Assembly: GCA_963977015.1 (NCBI GenBank)
Contig: CAXBMO010000007.1
Location: 32,001-96,000, forward strand
Source of the DNA: an uncultured bacterium
GTDB lineage: Bacteria; Verrucomicrobiota; Verrucomicrobiia; Verrucomicrobiales; DEV007
Direction of reading: 5' to 3'
DNA length: 64,000 nt
Below, piece after piece: positions 31,352-39,835 of this stretch. A program made the position numbers and the translations under genes. The notes beneath the pieces are model-generated. The model was not told the origin of the DNA. It saw only the letters and a list, made by a program, of their open reading frames with translations, and searched no databases. Within the stretch, counting starts at the first letter, position 1. Each line of letters opens with the position of its first letter.

Positions 31352-32251
31352 TCACGCCACCGAACGACAAAGGATCGCCTTCTGGGCGTGCAGCCGGTTT
31401 TCGGCCTGCTCGAAGATGACGTCAGCGTGAGCTTCGAGCACGTCCTCGGTGATCTCTTTGTCCCGGTAGGCGGGAAGGCAGTGCATCACGATTACACCAG
31501 GTTTCGCGGCAGCGATGAGGCGCTCGTTAACCTGATAGGGTTGGAGGATCTTGATCCGATCTTCCGACTCATCCTCCTTGCCCATGCTGACCCAGACATC
31601 GGTATAAAGAACGTCGCAGCCTTCGACCGCTTTGATGGGATCCGTTTCGACCCGGATTTTGGACGAGTCGAGTCTCGCAATGAGTTCAGGCTCCGGATGA
31701 AAGCCTTCCGGTGCTCCGATGACGAGTTCGAGATCCAGAAGTTTCGCCGCCCATAGCCAACTGATGGCCATGTTGCAGGCACCGTCGCCGAGGAAACAAA
31801 CGCGGGCGCCCCGCCAGTCAGGAAGGCGTTCGCGCATCGTTTGGAGATCGGCCACGACCTGACACGGATGCTCGGCATCACTTAAGGCGTTGATGGTGGG
31901 GATATTGCTGTGGGCGGCAAAGCCTTCAATATCATCTTGGTCGAAGGTCCTGATGATGGCTCCATCAACCATGCGGCCGAGAACCCGGGCCGTGTCTTTA
32001 ATGGGCTCTCCCCGACCAAGCTGTAGATCTCTTCCACTGAGGAACATGGCGTGTGCGCCAAGTTCATGAATGCCAACTTCGAAGCTGACACGCGTCCGGG
32101 TCGAGGATTTGGTGAAAATCATGGCCCAGGTTTGGCCCATGAGAGGACGAAAACTGAGGTCTCCGCGATTGGCTTTGAGTTCGACTCCATGCTCAATCAG
32201 AGCTTCGAGTTCAGAGGTGCAAAGGGATTCGAGGCTGAGAAAATGCTTCAT
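31352..32251 (-). CDS. argF: Ornithine carbamoyltransferase
   Basis: SSTRTRVSFE, HPCQ, TDVWVSMG, HCLPA, QAENRLH. Confidence 0.96.
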   Translation of the reverse strand: MKHFLSLESLCTSELEALIEHGVELKANRGDLSFRPLMGQTWAMIFTKSSTRTRVSFEVGIHELGAHAMFLSGRDLQLGRGEPIKDTARVLGRMVDGAIIRTFDQDDIEGFAAHSNIPTINALSDAEHPCQVVADLQTMRERLPDWRGARVCFLGDGACNMAISWLWAAKLLDLELVIGAPEGFHPEPELIARLDSSKIRVETDPIKAVEGCDVLYTDVWVSMGKEDESEDRIKILQPYQVNERLIAAAKPGVIVMHCLPAYRDKEITEDVLEAHADVIFEQAENRLHAQKAILCRSVA

Positions 32252-33549
32252 GCGATCAGTTTTTCGAAGGTCGATTTGAGGATTTTTAGGGCTTCATCAG
32301 CCTCAGGTTTGCCGATATTCAGCGCAGGAAGGAGCCGAACGACTTCCGGGCCAGCAGGAATGGTGAGAAGACCGGCGTTCATCAGTTGGGTTACGGCAAA
32401 GACGGCAGGAGTCGCCTTGGATTCCGCGAATTCTGGGTGATGGCTCATTTGGGTTTCATCGAGAACAATCCCCAGCATGAGGCCAAGGCCACGAACGTCT
32501 TTGACCAGTGGATTCTCCCAGCTTTGGATCGCCTTTTTGAGGTAGTCGCCCTGCGACGTGGCGTTTTCCCAAAGTCGATGCTGTTGGATTTCCTCCAAAA
32601 CAGCCAAGCTGGTGGTCGCGACCAGGGGACCGCCGCCAAACGTGGAACCGTGCGAGCCCGGTCCAAGTAGATCGCACAGATGAAGTTCAGGAAGCTCTTG
32701 AGAAACCGGCCGTTGCCGGGTCCAGGTTGCGCCAATTGGGACCCCGCCTCCGACTCCCTTTGCCCAACTGATGGCATCGGGAGCAAAATCCTCCGAGTCG
32801 AGAATCGCTTTCCAACCGCAAAGGTGACCGACACGACCAATGCCACATTGCACCTCGTCCAAGAGAAGAAGCACCTGATGCTCGCGGCAAATTTTGGCAA
32901 TGGCCGTGAGAAACTTCACGGTTGCGACATTGATGCCCCCCTCCCCTTGAACCGGCTCGAGCAGGATGGCGACCGTTTCCGGGGTGATGGCCTTCTTGAG
33001 CGCGGCAACGTCATTGAAGGGAACGTGGCGAAAGCCTTCCAAAAGCGGAGCAAACCCATCTTTTGCTTTCGGTTGCGCCGTTGCCGAAATACCGCCCATC
33101 GTCCGGCCGTGAAACGATCCGTTAAAGGTGATGACCTCAGTCCGCGGCTCTCCTCCAGCTTTGGGAACGGCAATCCCAAACTTTCGGGCAAGCTTGATCA
33201 GCGTTTCATTGGCCTCTGCACCGCTGTTGCAAAAGAACACTTTTCCAGGCTCGTTAACCACATTTTCAACCAGATGCCGAGCGAGAATCGCCTGTTCACG
33301 CACATGGTACAGGTTCGAGCAATGAACGAGCCTTTCGATCTGACCATGCACGGCGGAGGTGATCGCACCGTGTCGATGACCCAGCGAGCAAACGGCGATT
33401 CCCGTTCCAAAATCCAGGTATTTGCGATCGTTTTCATCCCAAAGGTAGGATCCTTGGCCATGGCTCATAGCGACCGGGAATCTGCCATAATTTGGAGCCA
33501 CATATCGCTCCATGAGAATCTGTGTGGAGAGCTGATCAGAATGTCGCAT
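32248..33549 (-). CDS. argD: Acetylornithine aminotransferase
   Basis: NSGAEANE, SFHGRT, EPVQGEGG, DEVQCG, PLP lysine in WAKG, HGSTFGG; lies between argB and argF. Confidence 0.92.
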   Translation of the reverse strand: MRHSDQLSTQILMERYVAPNYGRFPVAMSHGQGSYLWDENDRKYLDFGTGIAVCSLGHRHGAITSAVHGQIERLVHCSNLYHVREQAILARHLVENVVNEPGKVFFCNSGAEANETLIKLARKFGIAVPKAGGEPRTEVITFNGSFHGRTMGGISATAQPKAKDGFAPLLEGFRHVPFNDVAALKKAITPETVAILLEPVQGEGGINVATVKFLTAIAKICREHQVLLLLDEVQCGIGRVGHLCGWKAILDSEDFAPDAISWAKGVGGGVPIGATWTRQRPVSQELPELHLCDLLGPGSHGSTFGGGPLVATTSLAVLEEIQQHRLWENATSQGDYLKKAIQSWENPLVKDVRGLGLMLGIVLDETQMSHHPEFAESKATPAVFAVTQLMNAGLLTIPAGPEVVRLLPALNIGKPEADEALKILKSTFEKLIA

Positions 33550-33585
33550 TTCGGGACTCAAAAAGAATAGACGGATAGAAAATGA

Positions 33586-34485
33586 TTAGGTTGCCAGGAC
33601 AATCTCGGTGCCAATCCCGATATCGGTAAAGACTTCGAGAAGCAGGGAATGCGGAATGCGGCCATCGATCATGTGGACCTTGCCGACACCAGCGTGCAGC
33701 GCATCAAGCGAGGAACGGACCTTTGGAATCATTCCACCTTGGATGATTCCTTCTTCGATAAGATTCTCAGCACCTTCTTCATCAATGGAACTGATGAGAG
33801 TGTTGGGATCTTTGAAGTCGCGCATCACCCCCAGGACGTCGCTCAAATAGACGAGCTTGGTCGCTTTCATGTGTTTGGCCAACGCACTCGCCGCAAGGTC
33901 GGCATTGATATTGAGCGGCAAGTCTCCGCCGTCTTGATTTCGAGCGAGTGGAGAGAGAACCGGCGTCTTCTCGTCAGCCATGGCTTCGTGCAATCGCTCC
34001 AGATTGCAGTTCGTCACCTTCCCGACGTATCCTAGATCAACCGGCTCGCCGTCAACCATGCCATTGGTCTTTTCCCCAACAAAAACCTCTTGTCCTTTCA
34101 ACCCAAGCGGGTGTCCGCCATACTTCGACATTTGAGACACGAGCAGCGAATTGATGGTCTCATTGAGAGTTCGATCGACAATTTTGATCGACTCCTCATC
34201 GGTAACCCGCATGCCACCGATAAAATGGGGCTCAAGCCCTGCCTCGGCCATCCCTGCGGAGATAAACTTTCCTCCCCCATGAACGACAACGGGGTTGATG
34301 CCAATCACTTCCATCAACACAATGTCGCGCATCACCGCCCCAACCAAGTCCTCGTTTTCCATGGCGCTACCGCCAAGTTTGATCACGAAGGTATGTCCCC
34401 GGAAGCGCTGCAGATAAGGCAACGCTTCGCTGAGGATTCCGGCTTTCTTGATTTGGGCTTCAAACGACTGAATCGTGGACTCCAT
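33586..34485 (-). CDS. argB: Acetylglutamate kinase
   Basis: VIKLGGSAM, VVHGGG, GMRVTD, NINAD, GGMIPKV, IDGRIPHSLLLE. ATG 34485. Confidence 0.96.
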   Translation of the reverse strand: MESTIQSFEAQIKKAGILSEALPYLQRFRGHTFVIKLGGSAMENEDLVGAVMRDIVLMEVIGINPVVVHGGGKFISAGMAEAGLEPHFIGGMRVTDEESIKIVDRTLNETINSLLVSQMSKYGGHPLGLKGQEVFVGEKTNGMVDGEPVDLGYVGKVTNCNLERLHEAMADEKTPVLSPLARNQDGGDLPLNINADLAASALAKHMKATKLVYLSDVLGVMRDFKDPNTLISSIDEEGAENLIEEGIIQGGMIPKVRSSLDALHAGVGKVHMIDGRIPHSLLLEVFTDIGIGTEIVLAT

Positions 34486-34690
34486 CCTGGCACCTTGGCA
34501 AAATTGGAAAGCGGGGAATGTCACTAACACGAACCAGTTCGGCAAGCGAAGATTTTGGGTTTCGGTGAGAGGGCGGATTCCGAGGTGGCAATCTCAACTG
34601 TGTTGTGGATTCTTCCTAAATGGCTCAGCAAATCTCGTCTTTTTGACGCCATCGACTTGCGTGAACGCATTGGTGTTGCCAAGATCAACC

Positions 34691-35545
34691 ATGACCCAGA
34701 AACCTCTGATTCGCCTGCTCGTGGTTGCCATGATCGCGGGATTGACTTCCGGATTTGCCCAAGACGCCAAAACGCCGGAAACAGCCAAACCGAAGCCGAC
34801 ACCTCCGACCGGCTATACTGATACACCGGTGATACCGGGTCAAAAGTGGAGGGTTCATGACGACAATCGTCCCCGCCCGGAAGTGGTGACTCCAGCCGAA
34901 ACCTTCAGCCACTACGCCGCAGCACCAAGTGACGCCACCGTCCTCTTCAATGGGACCGACCTGTCGAAATGGAAGAATCAGAAGACTGGTGAGCCCGCGG
35001 CTTGGAAAGTCGAATTGGGCTACATGGAGGTAGCTCCCAAAACCGGCACGATCATGACCAAGCAGGAATTTGGCGACTTTCAGCTCCATTTGGAGTTTGC
35101 AACGCCTTCTAAAGTAAAGAGTGCGAGTCAAGGCCGCGGAAACAGCGGCGTGATCATTTACGGCAAGTACGAAATTCAGGTGCTCGACTCCTTCAACAAC
35201 AAAACCTACGCCGATGGACAAGCCGGGGCGATGTATGGCCAGTTTCCACCCTTGGTAAACGCTTCCAAAGCTCCTGGAAAATGGCAGTCCTACGATATCA
35301 TCTTCGAAACTCCACGTTGGGAAGGCGAGAAACTCGTCAAGAAAGGCGCCGTCACCGTGATTCACAACGGCGTAGTGCTTCATCACCGCAAGGAGTTCAT
35401 TGGGGCCGTTGCCCACAAGAACGTTGGAAAATACAGCCCTCATCCCCCAAAAGGGCCCATCGTTCTTCAGGACCACGGCAACCCAATGCGTTTCCGCAAT
35501 ATCTGGATTCGGGAATTGGGCGGTTACGACGATCCTGAATCCTAG
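34691..35545 (+). CDS. DUF1080 / 3-keto-disaccharide hydrolase domain secreted protein
   Basis: Signal peptide, LFNGTDLSKW, FGDFQLHLEF, GNSGV, YEIQVLD, LQDHGNPMRFRNIWIREL. Confidence 0.92.
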   Translation: MTQKPLIRLLVVAMIAGLTSGFAQDAKTPETAKPKPTPPTGYTDTPVIPGQKWRVHDDNRPRPEVVTPAETFSHYAAAPSDATVLFNGTDLSKWKNQKTGEPAAWKVELGYMEVAPKTGTIMTKQEFGDFQLHLEFATPSKVKSASQGRGNSGVIIYGKYEIQVLDSFNNKTYADGQAGAMYGQFPPLVNASKAPGKWQSYDIIFETPRWEGEKLVKKGAVTVIHNGVVLHHRKEFIGAVAHKNVGKYSPHPPKGPIVLQDHGNPMRFRNIWIRELGGYDDPES

Positions 35546-35554
35546 GCGTCGCGC

Positions 35555-36409
35555 TTAGAACTTCAGCTTCAGCGAAACCGCGCGGTGGTCGCTGACCCGC
35601 TCGGTGCCGAAATGAACTTTCGGCTCCAGGATCTCGATTTGCTTGCTCGGAACGTAGAAAAAATGATCGAGACAAGCATCGGGATAGGTCCCGTTGCCTG
35701 GCCAGGTCACGCGATCTTTGGGAGCGAGATCCCGCAGCGCCCAACGAAAACCGGCATCGTTGAGAAGCGCTGTCGATTTCTCGGCGGCAAATCTCGGGTC
35801 ACTGGGATCTGAATTGTAGTCACCTCCCAGGATAATCGTGAGATCACCAGATCCCGCCTTCCGGGCCCGTTCTTTCATTTTCTCGCAGTGGGCGAGGAAT
35901 CGACGAATCGCGATTTCCCGTTTCGGAATGTTCTCGGCAATCCCTCCGTTGTTGCTCTTGAGGTGAACGTTGTAAACGAGCAACTGCCCGTCACCCAGCT
36001 GGTACCGAGCGAAAACAAACCCTCGAGGAGGATCACCGCGGAATCGCGGAAAAGAAACGGTGCCGGATTCAATCGGATCCGTTTTGCTGGCAATCACCAG
36101 TTGCTGACCATTGCCAAATTGGCCGGGAAAATCACTGACCACCTGAACCTTCATCCCAGGAAGGATCCGAACGGCCAATTCCGCACTTTCGGCATCTCGA
36201 ACCTCCTGAAGCAGCAGAATGTCGGGAGCGAGTTGTTCCAGTTCTTCGTGAACCTGGGATATCTGGATCGCTTCATGGGCGAAGTCGGGTGCCGGATTGC
36301 GCCCGGGAAACCACTCCAGATTCCAAGTTGTCAGGGTCTGGGTTTCGCCAAAAACGGCGGAAAGGGATGCGACGTTAACCGCCGCAAGATATACAAGGAA
36401 GGCCTTCAT
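35555..36409 (-). CDS. Endonuclease/exonuclease/phosphatase family protein
   Basis: TWNLEWF, DILLLQEV, VHLKS, GGDYN, LDHFF, SDHRAV. Confidence 0.9.
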   Translation of the reverse strand: MKAFLVYLAAVNVASLSAVFGETQTLTTWNLEWFPGRNPAPDFAHEAIQISQVHEELEQLAPDILLLQEVRDAESAELAVRILPGMKVQVVSDFPGQFGNGQQLVIASKTDPIESGTVSFPRFRGDPPRGFVFARYQLGDGQLLVYNVHLKSNNGGIAENIPKREIAIRRFLAHCEKMKERARKAGSGDLTIILGGDYNSDPSDPRFAAEKSTALLNDAGFRWALRDLAPKDRVTWPGNGTYPDACLDHFFYVPSKQIEILEPKVHFGTERVSDHRAVSLKLKF

Positions 36410-36779
36410 TTTGAGTGCAGAAACGTCCCTGAGTTTTCTCAAACCAACGGCAGCCGCAGTTGTGGCGAGTCTCGGAAGACGTTGTTAGCCAATAAATAGG
36501 AAGGCCGTCACCTTCCGAGTTTGGCTTTCCGTTCAACTGCTTGCGAGCCCGCATCAGCTCTGAGGCAACGCTCTCGTAGCGCTCCAATTGATTCTGTAAC
36601 GCGTTGCGAAGTCGTTCGTTGTCTTCCCGGTAGACACCAATCCGATGCTCCAGATCAAAGATTTCGACTTGATGCACTGAGACGTTCGCGAGCGGTTTCG
36701 CTACGACTTTTGGGGCCAATGCAGGACCAACCAGGGTGATCGTCAAGATCGTAAGTACAAGGGGTATAAGGAATTTCAC
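36375..36779 (-). CDS. Small exported protein with coiled coil and C-terminal Cys/His-rich motif
   Basis: Hydrophobic N-terminus, coiled coil, YWLTTSSETRHNCGCRW...C...PCISCGG; GTG start. Confidence 0.65.
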   Translation of the reverse strand: MKFLIPLVLTILTITLVGPALAPKVVAKPLANVSVHQVEIFDLEHRIGVYREDNERLRNALQNQLERYESVASELMRARKQLNGKPNSEGDGLPIYWLTTSSETRHNCGCRWFEKTQGRFCTQNEGLPCISCGG

Positions 36780-36800
36780 TGGTGTTAAATCCTAACACCA
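36780..36800. promoter_or_regulatory. Perfect 8-bp inverted repeat TGGTGTTA-N5-TAACACCA
   Basis: Seen directly; abuts the start codon at 36779. Confidence 0.4.
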
Positions 36801-36853
36801 CAACCTTATTAGCCACGATATAAAGTCAAGATGAATTTATAATTCAATAATCT

Positions 36854-38362
36854 CTAGAAAATCATGCTCAAAATCCAGGCCAGCATGAATCCGACCCCGC
36901 CAATCACCGACGTGATTACGGTGAAGGTGGAAAGGCACTGCTTTTCCGTCATTCCGAGATAGTTCTTCACGACCCAAAAACCGGAATCGTTGACGTGAGA
37001 GGCCATCGTTGCGCCACAGGCAATCGCGATTCCCATGAGGGCGACATCGTGATTACTCATCTGTCCCGCGGTGTAGGCAGCTTTGACCGCTTCGGCCATC
37101 AAAGCCGAACCACCGATCATCGCGACGGTGGCCGAGCCCTGCGTAACACGGATGATCACCGTGAGCATGAAGGCCAGGAGAATCAGTGGTGCAGCCAACC
37201 CTTGGAACGTTTCCGCAAGGGCATTCCCGACTCCGCTATCAACCAAAATCGCCTTAAACACCCCACCGGCTCCTGTGACCAGAATAATGATTCCAGCCGG
37301 TCCCAAGGCCTTCGTAGCCAAATCCATCAACGTATCTTTCCCGGTCCCACGCAGGGTCCCGAGAAGCCACAGGGTCACCAGTGTCGTGATGAGGAGCGCC
37401 GTAATGGGATGGCCCAGGAAGACGACCAATTGAACCCACCCAATCGCCTTCCCTTCGGCATTGATCTTGTCGAAGTTCTGGTTGGCTTCGGCAAGGGCCG
37501 TTCCCCCGGCTGCAGTTGCCGTTTCGAAGGCCGCCAGCTCGCTCTTCAAATCAATTGAAACGAGAGACTGGGCCAAAATCAGAACAATCGGCAGGAGAAT
37601 CAGCGCAATCACTTCCCAGGCCGCGACAGGCTTGCCTCCGTTGTTGGCACTCGGCGCCGCTTCGGCAAACATCTTCGGGATCGGAACGTGCAACTTGTCA
37701 CCCATGCGCGCCCCCAGCAATCCGGCAATAATGGCGGTGGGGAGACCGACCACAAAGCCCCAAAGAATCACCAAACCAAGGTCCGCGCCAAGGTTCAACG
37801 CGACCAGAATCGGCCCTGGCGTCGGTGGAATGCAGGCATGGGTAACCGCCATCGCGGCACAAAGCGGCAGTCCGTAACGAAGAATCGACTTTCCGGAGGC
37901 CTTCGACATCGCGACGAGAATGGGGGCAAGAATCACCAGTGCGACGTCAAAAAAGACCGGAATCGAGATCAGGAATCCAACCAGAATCATCGCAAATGGA
38001 GCCCGCTTTTCCCCAAACCTCTTGTGGAGCGAATTGGCGAGACTCTGGGCGCCCCCCGAATACTCCAACACCTGGCCAAAAATCGCACCAAGCCCGACAA
38101 TGGTTGCCAGCATGCCCAAAGCGCCCGCCATCCCCTTCACGATCGTATCCGGGATGACGGTCAATTCCATCCCGCTGAGAATGGCGACGACCACACTGGT
38201 TAGAATGAGGGCGACAAACGCCTGCAATCGCATCACGAGGATGAGAACGAGCAAGAGAATGATCGCCATAACCAGCACTCCGAGGAGCCAGGCGATTTTC
38301 GGTGAGCCCGAGGCATCGAGCAATACATTTGGAAGGGCGGCTAGGATCGCAGCTTGATTCAT
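36854..38362 (-). CDS. GntP family gluconate/sugar-acid:H+ symporter
   Basis: Polytopic; IPVFFDVA, PPTPGP, QGSATVA, SHVNDSGFW. Confidence 0.93.
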   Translation of the reverse strand: MNQAAILAALPNVLLDASGSPKIAWLLGVLVMAIILLLVLILVMRLQAFVALILTSVVVAILSGMELTVIPDTIVKGMAGALGMLATIVGLGAIFGQVLEYSGGAQSLANSLHKRFGEKRAPFAMILVGFLISIPVFFDVALVILAPILVAMSKASGKSILRYGLPLCAAMAVTHACIPPTPGPILVALNLGADLGLVILWGFVVGLPTAIIAGLLGARMGDKLHVPIPKMFAEAAPSANNGGKPVAAWEVIALILLPIVLILAQSLVSIDLKSELAAFETATAAGGTALAEANQNFDKINAEGKAIGWVQLVVFLGHPITALLITTLVTLWLLGTLRGTGKDTLMDLATKALGPAGIIILVTGAGGVFKAILVDSGVGNALAETFQGLAAPLILLAFMLTVIIRVTQGSATVAMIGGSALMAEAVKAAYTAGQMSNHDVALMGIAIACGATMASHVNDSGFWVVKNYLGMTEKQCLSTFTVITSVIGGVGFMLAWILSMIF

Positions 38363-38387
38363 GGCGTGGAGTTTTTAGGGTTGGCAG

Positions 38388-39227
38388 ATGACAACCATCT
38401 ACCGGGGAAAGCGGGATTACATCATTGAGTCCGAAGGCGCGCAATACCAAACCGAGGACTTTTCGTTTGATGCGCTGTTTCAAGCCGCGAATCCGGCTGA
38501 CTGGCTTGCTGAGAAGCTCTCAAACCTTCAGCCGAATCAAGAAAACGCAGAACTCGCACCCCAAGCCTGGCTCCCTCCGCTTGAGTCCCAGGAAATCTGG
38601 GCGGCCGGGGTCACCTATTTTCGGAGCCGGACGGCCCGAATGGAAGAAGCGGAAACCGCAGGTGGTGACATCTTTTATGACAAGGTTTACGACGCGGAAC
38701 GCCCGGAACTCTTCTTCAAGGCAACCCCAAAACGAGCCCGGGGACACCTGGCTCCCATCCGAATTCGAACGGACTCAACCTGGGATGTTCCCGAACCCGA
38801 ACTGACCCTTGCGATCAATTCGAGCGGCCAAATCTTTGGATTCACGATCGGAAACGACGTCAGTTCGCGCTCGATTGAAGGCGAAAACCCGCTTTATCTT
38901 CCTCAGGCCAAAGTTTACCGCGGTTCCTGTTCGGTTGGCCCGGGACTGGTCGTCGGAAAAGAAGCAGTTTCGCCAGAAACGGTCATTCATCTCGAGATTC
39001 GGCGAAATGGAGAGGTCGGTTTCCAGGGAGAAACCCAAGTCAATCAAATCAAACGGGGACTCGATGAACTCGCCGGATTTCTCTTTCTCGAAAACGAATT
39101 TCCGGATGGCGCGTTGTTAATGACCGGAACAGGAATCGTTCCCGACAACGACTTCACCCTGCAATCGGGAGATGTCGTCCGAATCTCGATCGAAGGACTT
39201 GGCGTGCTCGAAAACCAGGTCGAATGA
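38388..39227 (+). CDS. Fumarylacetoacetate hydrolase family protein (2-keto-3-deoxy-pentonate dehydratase XylX/KdaD-like)
   Basis: [55 protein letters not shown]. Confidence 0.88.
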   Translation: MTTIYRGKRDYIIESEGAQYQTEDFSFDALFQAANPADWLAEKLSNLQPNQENAELAPQAWLPPLESQEIWAAGVTYFRSRTARMEEAETAGGDIFYDKVYDAERPELFFKATPKRARGHLAPIRIRTDSTWDVPEPELTLAINSSGQIFGFTIGNDVSSRSIEGENPLYLPQAKVYRGSCSVGPGLVVGKEAVSPETVIHLEIRRNGEVGFQGETQVNQIKRGLDELAGFLFLENEFPDGALLMTGTGIVPDNDFTLQSGDVVRISIEGLGVLENQVE

Positions 39228-39248
39228 GCGGATATTCTGATTGGGAGA

Positions 39249-39557
39249 TTAAATCCCAAGCCCCGGAGGCAGTCCGCCCGTCACCTTGCCCATTTCGTCC
39301 GCCGCCATCTCTTTGCCCTGATCAATTGCCTGTTTCACACCACTCAAAATCAGATCTTCGAGCATTTCCACATCCTCGGGATCGACAACGGCAGGATCAA
39401 TCTTGATTGACAGGACTTCGCCTGCGCCATTGGCCTTTACGGTAATTTTTCCCCCGCCAACACTGGCTTCCACCTCACGGTCGGCCAGCTCCGCCTGAGT
39501 TTTTTGCAGATCCTTTTGCATCTTCTGCATCTGTTTCATCATCTTGTTGATGTTCAT
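39249..39557 (-). CDS. ybaB: Nucleoid-associated protein YbaB/EbfC
   Basis: MMKQMQKMQ, GGGKITV, IDP..VDPEDVEMLEDLI; downstream of dnaX. Confidence 0.95.
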   Translation of the reverse strand: MNINKMMKQMQKMQKDLQKTQAELADREVEASVGGGKITVKANGAGEVLSIKIDPAVVDPEDVEMLEDLILSGVKQAIDQGKEMAADEMGKVTGGLPPGLGI

Positions 39558-39598
39558 GGCGGTATCTCTTTGGAAGTAATCTGAAAAGGTGAAATTAG

Positions 39599-39817
39599 TT
39601 AGGCAACTTGAGCCTCGAAAATGCGCAGCGCCTCAGAAATCAGCGGGTCCTGAAAAAATGGGTTGGCAGACTCCATTGGAAGTTCGAGCTGGATGTCTTC
39701 CTCCTGATTCAGTTGCAGGGCAAGCGATTGTGGCTTTCCCAAAGGATCCGAATCAAAGGTAATCACATGCTGATCGGTAGCTTCGTTGAGTTGCTGGTGA
39801 GCGAGAAAAAGTTTCAT
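39599..39817 (-). CDS. Small protein with DnaX(tau) C-terminal-like motif
   Basis: 72-aa ORF filling the dnaX-ybaB gap; ends FQDPLISEALRIFEAQVA versus DnaX KNDPLIQEALRIFEAEVENTK. Confidence 0.75.
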   Translation of the reverse strand: MKLFLAHQQLNEATDQHVITFDSDPLGKPQSLALQLNQEEDIQLELPMESANPFFQDPLISEALRIFEAQVA

Positions 39818-39835
39818 GACCGGGTCGTTGCTAGG

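Noticed and set aside
31352-34485. argB-argD-argF cluster
   Set aside because: Ordinary arginine biosynthesis operon; no clear ARG box seen.
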